Assembly (NCBI GenBank): GCA_973851085.1
Contig: OZ316775.1
Location: 14,632,001 to 14,696,000 of the forward strand
Direction of reading: 5' to 3'
Length of the DNA: 64,000 nucleotides
Source: Ptychomitrium polyphyllum
Lineage: Eukaryota
The position numbers were made by a program, and so were the translations under genes. A model generated the notes under the pieces. The model made no database searches and had not been told where the DNA came from. It worked only from the letters and a program-made list of their open reading frames with translations. Positions 26,002 to 36,992 of this stretch are shown one piece after another (within the stretch, counting starts at the first letter, position 1; every line of letters begins with the position of its first letter).

Positions 26002-29000
26002 TTAATTGACTCTTGCAGCCACTACATCTTTGACAAAGAAATCCTGCAAAGCCATCATCTTTACAGGACTTTCTTTTAAACCAGCGATGGCCTGGAGAGT
26101 AGCTACAGCGCCAGCAATGGTGGTGATTATGGGTACCTTGTATGCCAAGGCCATTCGCCGCAATTGTCTGCCGTCGCTTTGATCAAGAGCATCTCCTGAG
26201 CTGGTGATAATCATGAGTTGAATGTCTCCATTCGCAAGCAAGTCAGCTGCATGTGGGCGTCCCTCGTGCAGCTTCAGCACCTTCTCAACTTTCACACCGG
26301 CTTTTACTAAACAAGCCGCTGTTCCGTCAGTAGACAAGATCTTGAAACCAAGGTCCTGGAAACCCTTGGCAATTGGTACAACCTTATCCTTCATCATATC
26401 ATTCATGCTAATGAACACAGTCCCCGTGAGTGGTAGTCTCTGATTGGCAGCAATTTGAGCCTTGGCAAAAGCCTTGTCAAAGTGGAAATCAATGCCCATC
26501 ACTTCTCCCGTGCTTCGCATTTCAGGACCCAACAGCACGTCACACCCTTGGAATTTATCAAAGGGCAAAACAGCCTCCTTCACTGAAACGTGACTCGGTA
26601 TTACTTCTTTTGTAAAATTCAGATCAGCTAGAGTCATGCCAGACATCACTAGAGCAGCATACTTTGCCAAAGGATGACCGATTGCCTTTGAAACAAATGG
26701 TACTGTTCGAGAGGCTCGAGGGTTAGCCTCGATAATATAAACCTCGCCATTGGGCATGATTGCGTATTGGCAATTCATCAAACCTACAACTCCAAGTCGG
26801 CGGGCAAGCTTAGTTGTGTAATCGCGGATTTTATCCAAAGCCTCTGATCCGATGTTTTGAGCGGGAAGCGTACATGCTGAATCACCAGAATGCACACCAG
26901 CTTGTTCAATATGCTCCATGATACCTCCAATCACCACAGTTCCTTCAGCATCTGTCAATGAATCTACATCAATCTCTGTGGCATCGATCAAGTACTTGTC
27001 AACTAGAACAGGTCGCTCGGGGTCCACCTCCACGGCTGTCTCTAGATATGTCTTCAACTTTTCATCATTGTACACAATCTCCATCGCCCTTCCTCCAAGG
27101 ACGTACGAAGGCCTGACCACAACAGGGTAGCCCACTCGCGCTGCAATTGCAAGAGCATCATCTTCACTCTTGGCAATTCCGCCTGAGGGTGACTTTATCC
27201 CAAGCTCACTTAAAATAGCATCAAACCTCTTCCTGTCTTCTGCAGCATCAATAGAATCTGGTGTCGTCCCCCAAATCTTAACCTTACCCTCCCCACTTGC
27301 AGCATCAGGCTGGAACTTCTCTAGATATGTTTGAACTGGAACAGCCAACTTCAGAGGTGTCTGCCCACCAAATTGAATGATAATACCATCAGGCCTTTCC
27401 AGGTCGATAACATTGCACACATCTTCAGCTGTCAGAGGCTCGAAGTAAAGCCGGTCACTCGTGTCGTAGTCGGTAGACACAGTCTCTGGGTTCGAATTCA
27501 TCATAATTGTCTCAAATCCAGCATCCTGCACAAATGTCAAGCATTCCATAATGTAAATCGTAATTTTTACAGAAATGTATCGGTAATTTTCCACATGCCC
27601 AATTTGCTATAATATTCACAGGCACATCAATTCTCTGAGTGGATCAACTCTGATGTCTTCGTCAATATTTTGAGATGTGTAGTCACTCTTCCAAACACTC
27701 ACATAGAGTCAAGGCTATTATCTATTCGGTGAAGTTCCACTTGCACATCACAGAAAGGTTGAGTTTAAAGAGTCACCTACCGCAAGGGAAAAGGCTGCGT
27801 GGCAGCAACAGTAATCAAACTCGATTCCCTGTCCGATCCTGTTGGGTCCACCTCCAAGGATTAGAACTTTCTTCTTATTCGTAGGAGCTGACTCGCACTC
27901 CGCATCATATGAAGAATACAAGTATGGGGTGTTTGCCTCAAATTCCGCAGCACAGGTGTCCACCCGCTTATAAGCAGGTTTTACACCTTGGGTAAGCCGG
28001 CATGCACGAACTTCTAGTTCCGTTGTCTTTGTTGCATATGCAATCTGCTTGTCGCTAAATCCTCGCCTCTTAACTTCGTAGAAGTCATCTTTGCTTAGAT
28101 CATTTAACTTTACAGTTTCCAAAAAAGACTCGCATTCCAACAATTCACCCAATTGGGAGAGGAACCATGGATCTATGAAAGTCAAGTCGTGGATCTCAGC
28201 CTGTGTCATCCCACGCTTCATGGCAGCATACACAGAATACATGCGGTCAGGGTTAGGTTGTCGCAGGTTATACTTCAATTTATCCCAATCCCATTCAAGC
28301 TCTTTCACCTTCTCACAACCCCAACCACTGTGCCCCGTCTCCAAAGACCTCATGGCCTTCTGAAAAGATTCCTGAAACGTCCGTCCCATAGCCATGGCTT
28401 CACCTACTGACTTCATTTGCGTTGTCAAAATTGGCTGTGAACCAGGAAACTTCTCAAATGCAAATCGTGGAATCTGTACCATTCAAACAGACACACAACC
28501 TAGTAAGTTTTTCTGTTCACCTCAATACAACTACTTGCCAGATGCCAGCAAGACATGTGATCAGATTTAATTTTCTCATGAAATGGGCAATAGCAAAAAC
28601 TATTACAAGAATCAAACAGTTCCATCAAACAAGTTGAAAGGCAAATTATTGCACCTTAGTAACCACATAGTCGATTGAAGGCTCAAAACTGGCTGGAGTT
28701 TTTCTAGTAATATCATTTGGAATTTGGTCGAGTGTGTATCCCACTGAAAGTTTTGCTGCCATTTTGGCAATTGGGAAACCAGTAGCTTTCGATGCAAGTG
28801 CTGAAGACCGAGAAACTCGAGGATTCATCTCAATAATCATAACCTCACCATCCTTAGGATTCACAGCAAATTGTACATTTGAGCCTCCACATTCTACACC
28901 AATCTCCCGAATGATCGCCACCGATTGATCCTGCATTTCAGTGCGTATTTCACAGAGTTAAAAATTCACAAGTATTTTAACAATGTCAAGTCAAATACGA

Positions 29001-31189
29001 CACTATGCAAAAACAGAGTCAGAAACCAAGGAAGAACAGCTCCATCAGGACAACTACCTTACATACAAGAAGATAAGTCTTACCCTTAAACGTTGGTATT
29101 CTTTGTCTGTCAATGTTTGCGCAGGAGCCACGGTTATAGAATCTCCCGTGTGAACACCCATAGCGTCAATATTTTCGATGGAACAGATGATCACCACATT
29201 GTCGGCCAAATCTCGCATAACTTCTAGCTCGAATTCCTTCCAGCCAAGAAGGGACTTTTCAACTAACACCTGAGAAAAAACCACTTCAACTTTCAATTTG
29301 TAGGTACCAATGGGTCATAGCATCTACCAGGGTGTAAGGACAAGATATTAATAATTATCTAAAATTTCAGAATCGTAGACAGCGCAAATTCAGCATACCC
29401 GCGTCCTTGCAGACAGCTGCATCAATACTAAAATGACAGCCAATTCTTCTATATACTTTAGAGAAATTTGTAAAAGCAGATATACACTGATAACAGTCGA
29501 AAATTGGAAACTCAAGAAACCAAAAATTGATTCTTCGAGGTGAGTTCACCGAAGCATAGAATATGACAACCCGCATAAACTCACCTGTGAGTTTATACTT
29601 GCGCTCAATCCGGCTTTGCAAATTAACTCAAACTCTTCTTTGTTGTAGGCAATGCCACCACCAGTGCCCCCAAGCGTAAAAGCCGGCCGAATAATCAGCG
29701 GAAACTCGCCAATCCTTTCCGCAATTTCGTAGCACTCGTCCAAAGTATGCGCAATTCCTGAGGGCGCGGACTTAACTCCAATCTTGTCCATGGCTTTCTT
29801 AAACAGGTCTCTGTCTTCAGCCTTCTGAATAGCATCTAATTTAGCACCTATTAATTCTACATTGTATTTCTCCAGCACTCCACTTTCTGCCAAAGCACAG
29901 GCAAGATTAAGAGCTGTTTGTCCTCCCATAGTGGGCAAAATTGCATCCGGTCTCTCTTTTTCCAGCACCTTTTCCACAAGTTCTGGCGTCATAGGTGTGA
30001 TGTAAGTGCGATCAGCAGTCTCTGGATCAGTCATAATAGTCGCTGGGTTCGAGTTTATAAGGATCACTTCGTAGCCTTCTTCTTTCAAAGCCTTGCATGC
30101 TTGTGTTCCTGAGTAATCAAACTCACAGGCCTGGCCAATAACAATAGGACCTGTCGTATGACACAACACAAACCACGAGAAGTTGAAATACAAAACAGAG
30201 ATTTCAAAAATCCTGAAGTAACAAAATCAAATTTCAAGAGGATTAGCACAATCAACCTCTAAGCTCTTTTTTAAAAGGCAGTTATCGAAGTGTATCGACA
30301 ATAATCTTCGAAAACAAAAGTAACTCAGTATTTCCAATGAATTAAGAATGTTCCACGAGAACCCTCATAAGAGTTTGCAATTCCGCAAAGCCCTCCACCT
30401 TTCAATATTAGGCAATGCAGCGAAGGCATATAAACCCTTCGCTGACCTTTTCCTGGGATAAAAAGGCTCCGACGACTGTAAACTAGCCTTGGGCAAGAGC
30501 ACAGTCACAATCCAGGCATACACACATAATCGAGTACCAGTCTCGCATGAATCGTTTGAGCGTCCCAAAATGTGTGCAATTGACTGATCGACACCCGTAA
30601 CAAGGAGACCACCAAAACGATCAATATTTAACGTCTACTCCATCATACAGAAAGAAAGAATGCAACACAGGAGCCGTAAGCAAGGATCTGCAAGCCAACC
30701 TGCTCCCAAAATGAGAATTTTTTTGAGGTCAGTTCTCTTGCCGCCACTAAACCCTAGATTGCTCCACGACGCAAACGGTGCATCGGGGACGCCGGCGGAA
30801 ATTTCTTTCTCTGCTCCAGCCACGCTCCCAATCTCCCACTTCACACGGTTGCCGCCCGCCGGGCTCTGCCCTAGAGCGCTGCCGCTGTAGAAGTACACCT
30901 CTGACGCCGCTTCTGGCATTCTCCGAGAGATGGAGCCTCCGTCTCCCGACGACGCAGCAGTCACCGATACCACACCCGAGGAGCGCCTTGCGAAAGCGCA
31001 CGTCTTAGAATAGTGGCGCAGCGGCACAGCGCCGCCCAGAAACGCTGACTGCAAGGACGACGACGAGGGCGTCATTCTCACATCCTGAAACGCATTCTTG
31101 GCTGCTCCTACTCCCGCTGATGCCTTCGATGCCACCTCCAGCGCCGGCATTGCGGCTGCCACAACTCCATGACTACAAATTCCCACCAT
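26002..31189 (-). CDS. carB: Carbamoyl-phosphate synthase large subunit, plastid-targeted, ~1244 aa. Exons 31189-30700, 30150-29585, 29269-29084, 28930-28655, 28473-27781, 27525-26002
   Basis: Motifs [79 protein letters not shown] and [17 protein letters not shown], followed by an MGS-like C-terminus. Exon lengths sum to 3735 nt in frame. The N-terminus is Ser/Ala-rich and transit-peptide-like. Confidence 0.97.
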
Positions 31190-31652
31190 CCTTTCTCCCT
31201 TCCACTCTTCCTCCCACCCCAAACCCTCAAAACCCGAACAAAACCTCACTCACTTACTCACTCACTCACAGACCACTACCAATGCCAAAACCCGCCGCAA
31301 ACTGAAGCCCCCGCTTCTCTCCTTCTAATCTACACCACCAGAACCTCCAACAAGTACCGAACTCCTTGTAACTACCTCCAAACACTTCAAAAAACTTCAA
31401 AAAAGTTGCGAGATCCTTGAGAGTTTCAAAGACAGGATGCAGCAGACTGCAATCTCGTCGCCCAAACAACCTAGGAAACCGCGACAATGCCACTCCTAAT
31501 GCAAAATTCCAAGTGGAAGAACCAAAATGGCATCTCGGGCCGCACTCGCTCTGCCTCTGAACCCCCTCCCCCCCTACAACGCCTAAACCCTCGTTCCCAA
31601 CGACCACCCCCCGGTTCTTACCGGGTATAGATCTGGTATCTCAGACCCCGGT

Positions 31653-31954
31653 GTGCACACCCAAAACCGTTACTGCACAAGACGGAACATTATCTACCTC
31701 CAGACAACACTCAACTCCTTGGAATCTAGATTTCGTAGATCACGGCATCGGTGGCAGTGTCGCTTTTCTGAGTGTTTCCCTTCGGGCCTTGCACGGGCCA
31801 GACCGGCCCTTCCACCACCCTAGGGGAGGTACACAAAAAAGCGACACTCTACTCACTGGCGCCGCCATCTACGAAATCTAGATTCCAGGGAGTCGATTGT
31901 CTATTGAAGGTAGATAACGGTCCTACTAGTACAGTAACGGTTTTGGGTGTGCAC
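31653..31954. repeat. ~300-bp foldback / MITE-like inverted repeat upstream of carB
   Basis: Perfect 23-bp outer arms (31653-31675 and 31932-31954), perfect 20-bp inner arms (31721-31740 and 31867-31886), and further paired blocks (TTATCTACCT/AGGTAGATAA, AGTGTCGCTTTT/AAAAGCGACACT). Confidence 0.9.
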
Positions 31955-32303
31955 CCTTGTACTGGTTTTGACCGCATCACAGATACGAGAGCGTGGTGCT
32001 AGCGTATATTTGGTGGTGCGAGCTTGTATTTGGTATCGTAAAGGTGTTGATGGGTTTAGGGTGGGAGCTTGCTCTGCCATTCGTGGGGCCAAGTTCGCTA
32101 GGGCGACGGCCCAAGTGGCGAGAGAGAGGCGGACCCGGTGATCCGTCGGCTCTTGGGCGTCCATGGGACTAGTCTAATCCGCGGCAGCTGGGCGATCCAT
32201 CAGGTGAACGGAGGGGCTTGGGACTGCTGTGCGCCGCGGCTACCCGAAGGATCTCGGGGTGTGTGGTTGCTTTTGTCCATGCTGCGCTCTGAGAACGGAA
32301 TCT

Positions 32304-32337
32304 TGACGTGGCAGGTCTGTGGGGTTGTGCCACGTCA
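32304..32337. promoter_or_regulatory. Inverted pair of TGACGTGGCA (Hex/ABRE-like bZIP) motifs
   Basis: TGACGTGGCA at 32304-32313 and TGCCACGTCA at 32328-32337, with a 14-nt spacer, ~1.1 kb upstream of the carB ATG. Confidence 0.45.
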
Positions 32338-34598
32338 GAATTTTTGAATTAAGGAATTCTTCTCGGTTGACGTATATCTTGTGTGAGATTGAGATGAGTG
32401 GAGTCTTGCTGGTGTTTGTGAATGGAGGTTGTATGTGTTGGAAGATAAGTTTGTTGGGGAAGCATAGTAAGTAGAACCTTCTCACCTGTTTTCAGATTCT
32501 GTTTTACTTATGATAGATAGTTCTTGATAATATGTTATACAAATAGGAAAACACTCCATATCTTAAGGAGCAATTGGACGAGTTTTGGATGTTTAGAGCA
32601 AACTAAGGATTGGCTTAGGGGAGCTTGGTTGGCTTCATGAAGGTTCTAAGTTTGAGGTTCCTTTATTACATCCCTACATTGCAGAGGCTTGTTATTGATT
32701 CATCATAGCATATTTTAAAATGTAGCGTGTGGAAATATTGTTTAAGGTTGAAAATATGGAAAATGAAAATGCATAAAGATGAAAAAGATGAACAACACAA
32801 GAGATGTTTTAATGAGAAAAGGGAGATAAATGAATTAGGAACAAATAAAGGACAAAGACGGTTTAGTAGAAATAGAGGGAAGAAATGGTGTGGTGAAAGG
32901 GAAAGAAAAATAGACTTTGGAAAAATTAAATGACATAACTACCTCAATGTTTATTTTCTTTACATCAACATCTTCTATTATTGTTTCCAATGTCTTTGGA
33001 ATTCAAAATCAACTTTTAATATCTTTTTTAACTAATTTAAAAAAAAAAAATATTAGCCTTCAAACCTAATTAAGAAATTTTGGGTTTCAAAATGAAAATA
33101 TAATTTAACATGTTTTATGTCTTTTAGAGCTATACATATTCAAATATAGCTTTCTTAAACTTGGAATTTTTAAGAATCAATTAAGTCTATAAGATTTTAT
33201 CTAACAACAATGGTTGTTTTTTGAAAAATGTACAATTTTAGGATTTGTATCTTTTGGTCTTAATATTTATTAAACTTAAATTCATCTTTTCATCTAATTT
33301 TTTGAAAAACCAAAATAGCCACCAAAATAAATGAAAAATAAACAAATAAATAAGGTTATTTAGGCTTTATTTTTAATAGAATAACAAATTATTTTTTATA
33401 AATTAGACAATCAAGGTGAAATTTCAACATTGTAAACTTTGTTTTGGTATAAAATATGGTGTTTAAAAGAATTTTTTAAAACACAAAAATATAATAGTGA
33501 ATATAATGTTCAAAAGTGGAAGAAAAAACATAAATGCTAATGGATAAAATTTTATTTAGAAGTGACAAGAAATCAATTACAAAACTAACCAAAAAAATTA
33601 TCATCCAACTATTAAATCAAATAAAAAGAAACCTTTTGTTCATGACATTTTTAGCCCTATGTTAAGTATTTTTTTATCAATATTTTTGCAATAATAATTC
33701 ATATATCATTAATTATAGTATACACTTTATGAAAGTTTTCATAATATATTAAAAAATTTATTACAATAATTTTGAACTTTTGACATGGTAATTGTCAAAA
33801 TATCACTACAAACTATTCCATGTGATAACAATATAACATTCAGTAGTGTTTTGTGGTCATATTAGCTTTAGAAGTGCATAAAATTATAAATTACTAATGA
33901 TTTGTTGTTATTAAGTTTTTTTGTAAACTTGAAATCTTAACTTGATCAAAGTTTTGTGAGGAATTTCAACTCCATCATGTTCTTTGTGTTTGTAATAAAG
34001 TATATAAATCAATGTTATAAATCTTTCATCTACTTAATTGATACATATATTTCAATACATGCAATTTGAATCATTTATAAAATTTTAAAAAATTAAGATG
34101 ATGAACTCAAAAAGTAACTCTTTTGTAATTGTTTTACATAAAAGATTGGATGAAATTATTTAATCTAAATCAAAAAATATACAAATTTGAATGTCAATTT
34201 TATTCCTTTGTATAAATTTGAATAATACAAGAATAAAAGCAGATTGACTATATGTCAATTTTATTCCTTTGTTATCACATGTATATTCCTACATTTATTT
34301 CCTTGGTATGATCAAAAGTTAATTTATTCCTTTTAGGTTTTTGTACATAGTACAAAAATAAACCATACAATTTGTTCATCCGCAATTATAAATTCACTTT
34401 TGTATTTATTTTACTTTTGTAAGTGGTACAAAAACCAAAGCTATATACTATGACCTATAAAATGTGATAGCGGCCATACTTGTTTTATTCCTTATTTAAT
34501 TCCTTGGTGTGAACAGAGCGAGACATAACTGCAGAACAACGTCCTCGTCATCTCTGTCGCCCATGCCAACTGCGTCACCATTTTCGTCGCCCCTTCTC

Positions 34599-34718
34599 CA
34601 CCTCCGTCGTCCCTGCGAACGTCGTCATGACCTCCGTCGCCCCTGCCAACGCCATCACTGTCTTCGTGGCCTCCGCCAACGTCGTCACCACCTCCGTCGT
34701 CGCTACCAACTGCGTCGC
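34599..34718. repeat. GC-rich 30-bp minisatellite, 4 diverged copies (CACCTCCGTCGTCCCTGCGAACGTCGTCAT)
   Basis: Units start at 34599, 34629, 34659 and 34689; they explain the repeated LRRPC.RRH in the ORF track. Confidence 0.85.
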
Positions 34719-36937
34719 CCCGTCCGTTGGCAAAGTCAATCTCGAATTGTTATCGATGCTTCCGAGTCATGGCGGTTTGCTATCATTGCTCATGCGCAAT
34801 GCGCATCACTGCCTGTCTATGCGAGGTTTGTCTTCGTCGTCGTCTTCGTCTTTGCCATGTTCAGCACGGTGAAGCCCAGTCCAGCAACGAGACAGATTAG
34901 AAATTTAGAATTCAAGCCTACTGGCCGGTCCCTGCCTGGAAGTCTACTGCACAGTGTACTGCACGGTACACTGCTCTACTTCCTGTACCACCACAAAGTT
35001 GCCCAGCTCCTCAGCATGATCACAGCTATTAGAAAACGAGTAAGTTATGTCACTTAATAACTTATACAAATTTGCCCATACTAACTTCTAACTTACTTGA
35101 CAAGAATATCCAGCTTACTCAGTCGACAGTGCTCACTTGGCACGAAGAGTGAGTCAACCATTAATGTATATCTTGTTGAACTTCATTAGCGTAACATGAT
35201 GAGCTGATCTGAGATAGTTTAGGCTCTGGGCTTAAAGTTGTGGTGGTTGTTTTCCACACTAGTCACGTGTTGGCAGTTGGGCATTCTGTTTGCTGGCTTA
35301 GATTGTTTTTGATGCCAAGCTAGGGAGCAGGATGATGAAGGAGGGATGCAGAGATACAGAGTCTGGCGCAGGTGTGGGGATGATGGATTAGTGTACTGAG
35401 GCAGAGAGCTGTTGGTCTTTTGCGGAGTGGAGTTAGCAGTCGAGATGTGGTGATGCTGGGGTAGTGACAGAAGGGAAGTGACCTGTGGTTAGGGTTTTGG
35501 TTCTGCCGGGTTTTGATGCGATGGTGAGGTTTTAGGGTGAAGGTTGTAGTTTGGGAGGAAGAGGGAGCAGGGCGATGTCGAAGAGTGGGAGGATGCTTGC
35601 GCCAGGTTCTCGGTCGACGCTTCAGGTTTGTATTCATGGGGCCCCTCTGTTTGACGAGCAGGCGCAGTGTTGGGGGAAGGTAAACAATTGATGCTTGTTT
35701 GTTTGAACTTGGAGATATGTGTCATTTGGGTCAGTGGGGGTCAGTTAAGCAAGTGGGTTCGCAACCAAGAGAGGAGGAATGATTCTAGTTCCTGGCAGGC
35801 CAAAATGGCCACATTTTAAGATGGGGAGAGTGTTGGCAGGTGGGATCCAGATCTATCGGTGCGTTTGAAACGCTGGCTTGTGCTAAAGATACAAGTTCAG
35901 GGTGTGTTGTTTAATTTTTTTCTTGATGACTTGTGGCATTGTGTGGTCCTCGATTCTGACGTTAGAGGAGGCGACTCGCGTCACTCTCGGCACGATCCTA
36001 GTATGGGGGACTCACCCAGCTTCTCTATAAGTGAACCAGGAATGTGCGATTAGAACTGGGCTCGTCTCTTCTGTCGAGACTGACTATCCATTATATATAA
36101 TGGATTCATTATATTTGATGGGTGAGCACCCCATACTCGGATCGTGCTATTCTGGTAGATAGAATTTTGTACGTTACGTTGCTTGCGGTATTCACTGGAC
36201 ATAGTGTTCATTAAATTTTGGACTTGAGAATTAAGCACTCACATTAGGTTTCGTTAAAATCCTGTGACTTTGAAGGAGCTCATTACAGTAGCTGATTTTA
36301 AAGCCTTTTTCTTGAGAGATCTTTCTGCTGGACTCTTCACATAATGTGATGATTGGCAGGTTCTCCGTGTACGTGCAGGTTGTATGTATAGTATTTCTTA
36401 TACTTCTGGTTTGAAAATTTTAAGCTACATTGAGACTGTTTTGATTTGGCCATGCCAGTCGCTCGATGCCTCTTTTAAGTAGACTAACAGGATTTCTTAG
36501 GGTACACTAGTTGATTCTGTTTGAAGTAGTCACTGTGCAGATTAGAGTATGTCCTGCGGTATAGATTTACTCATGTTTCAAGGCATGAGATTGGGATTGG
36601 AACACGGGGTTGCGTTTTCCTGGTGAAATCTGAACCTTTTAGTTCTGCTGTTATTAAGACCTCCTATGTAGCCATCAAACCTTTAGGAAAGGTAAACTTC
36701 GCCCATTTGTATGTGTGTTTGGATAGGGCACGTGCTGTTTGCAATTTGGGATCCCCTTTGACTTTGGAGTGGACTGCTACATATTGTGATGGATTCTCCA
36801 CTCAATTTCCAAAGATTGAATTATTGAAGCTATTGTCTGTGTCGATTCTGGATTATTGTGGCCATCGGATGATCATGAGAAGTTCTGTTCTTGGAAACAT
36901 GCTCACTCTGGTGATTGAACTTTTCTGCATATTACAG

Positions 36938-36973
36938 ATGGTAGCTGTGAGGACATGGAGATACGTAGTATGA
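36938..36973 (+). promoter_or_regulatory. Putative uORF (MVAVRTWRYVV*) in the 5' UTR of the GT43 gene
   Basis: The ATG directly follows an acceptor-like TTTTCTGCATATTACAG (36937). The stop is 19 nt before the main ATG at 36993. Confidence 0.5.
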
Positions 36974-36992
36974 GCTGGAAGCAGACATAAAC

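Noticed and set aside
26222..31420. Plus-strand ORFs over carB
   Set aside because: Antisense shadows with no recognisable motifs.
35129..35485. miR156-like fragments (GTGCTCACT at ~35129, TGACAGAAG at ~35465)
   Set aside because: Only 9-nt matches, with no full mature sequence or precursor hairpin.
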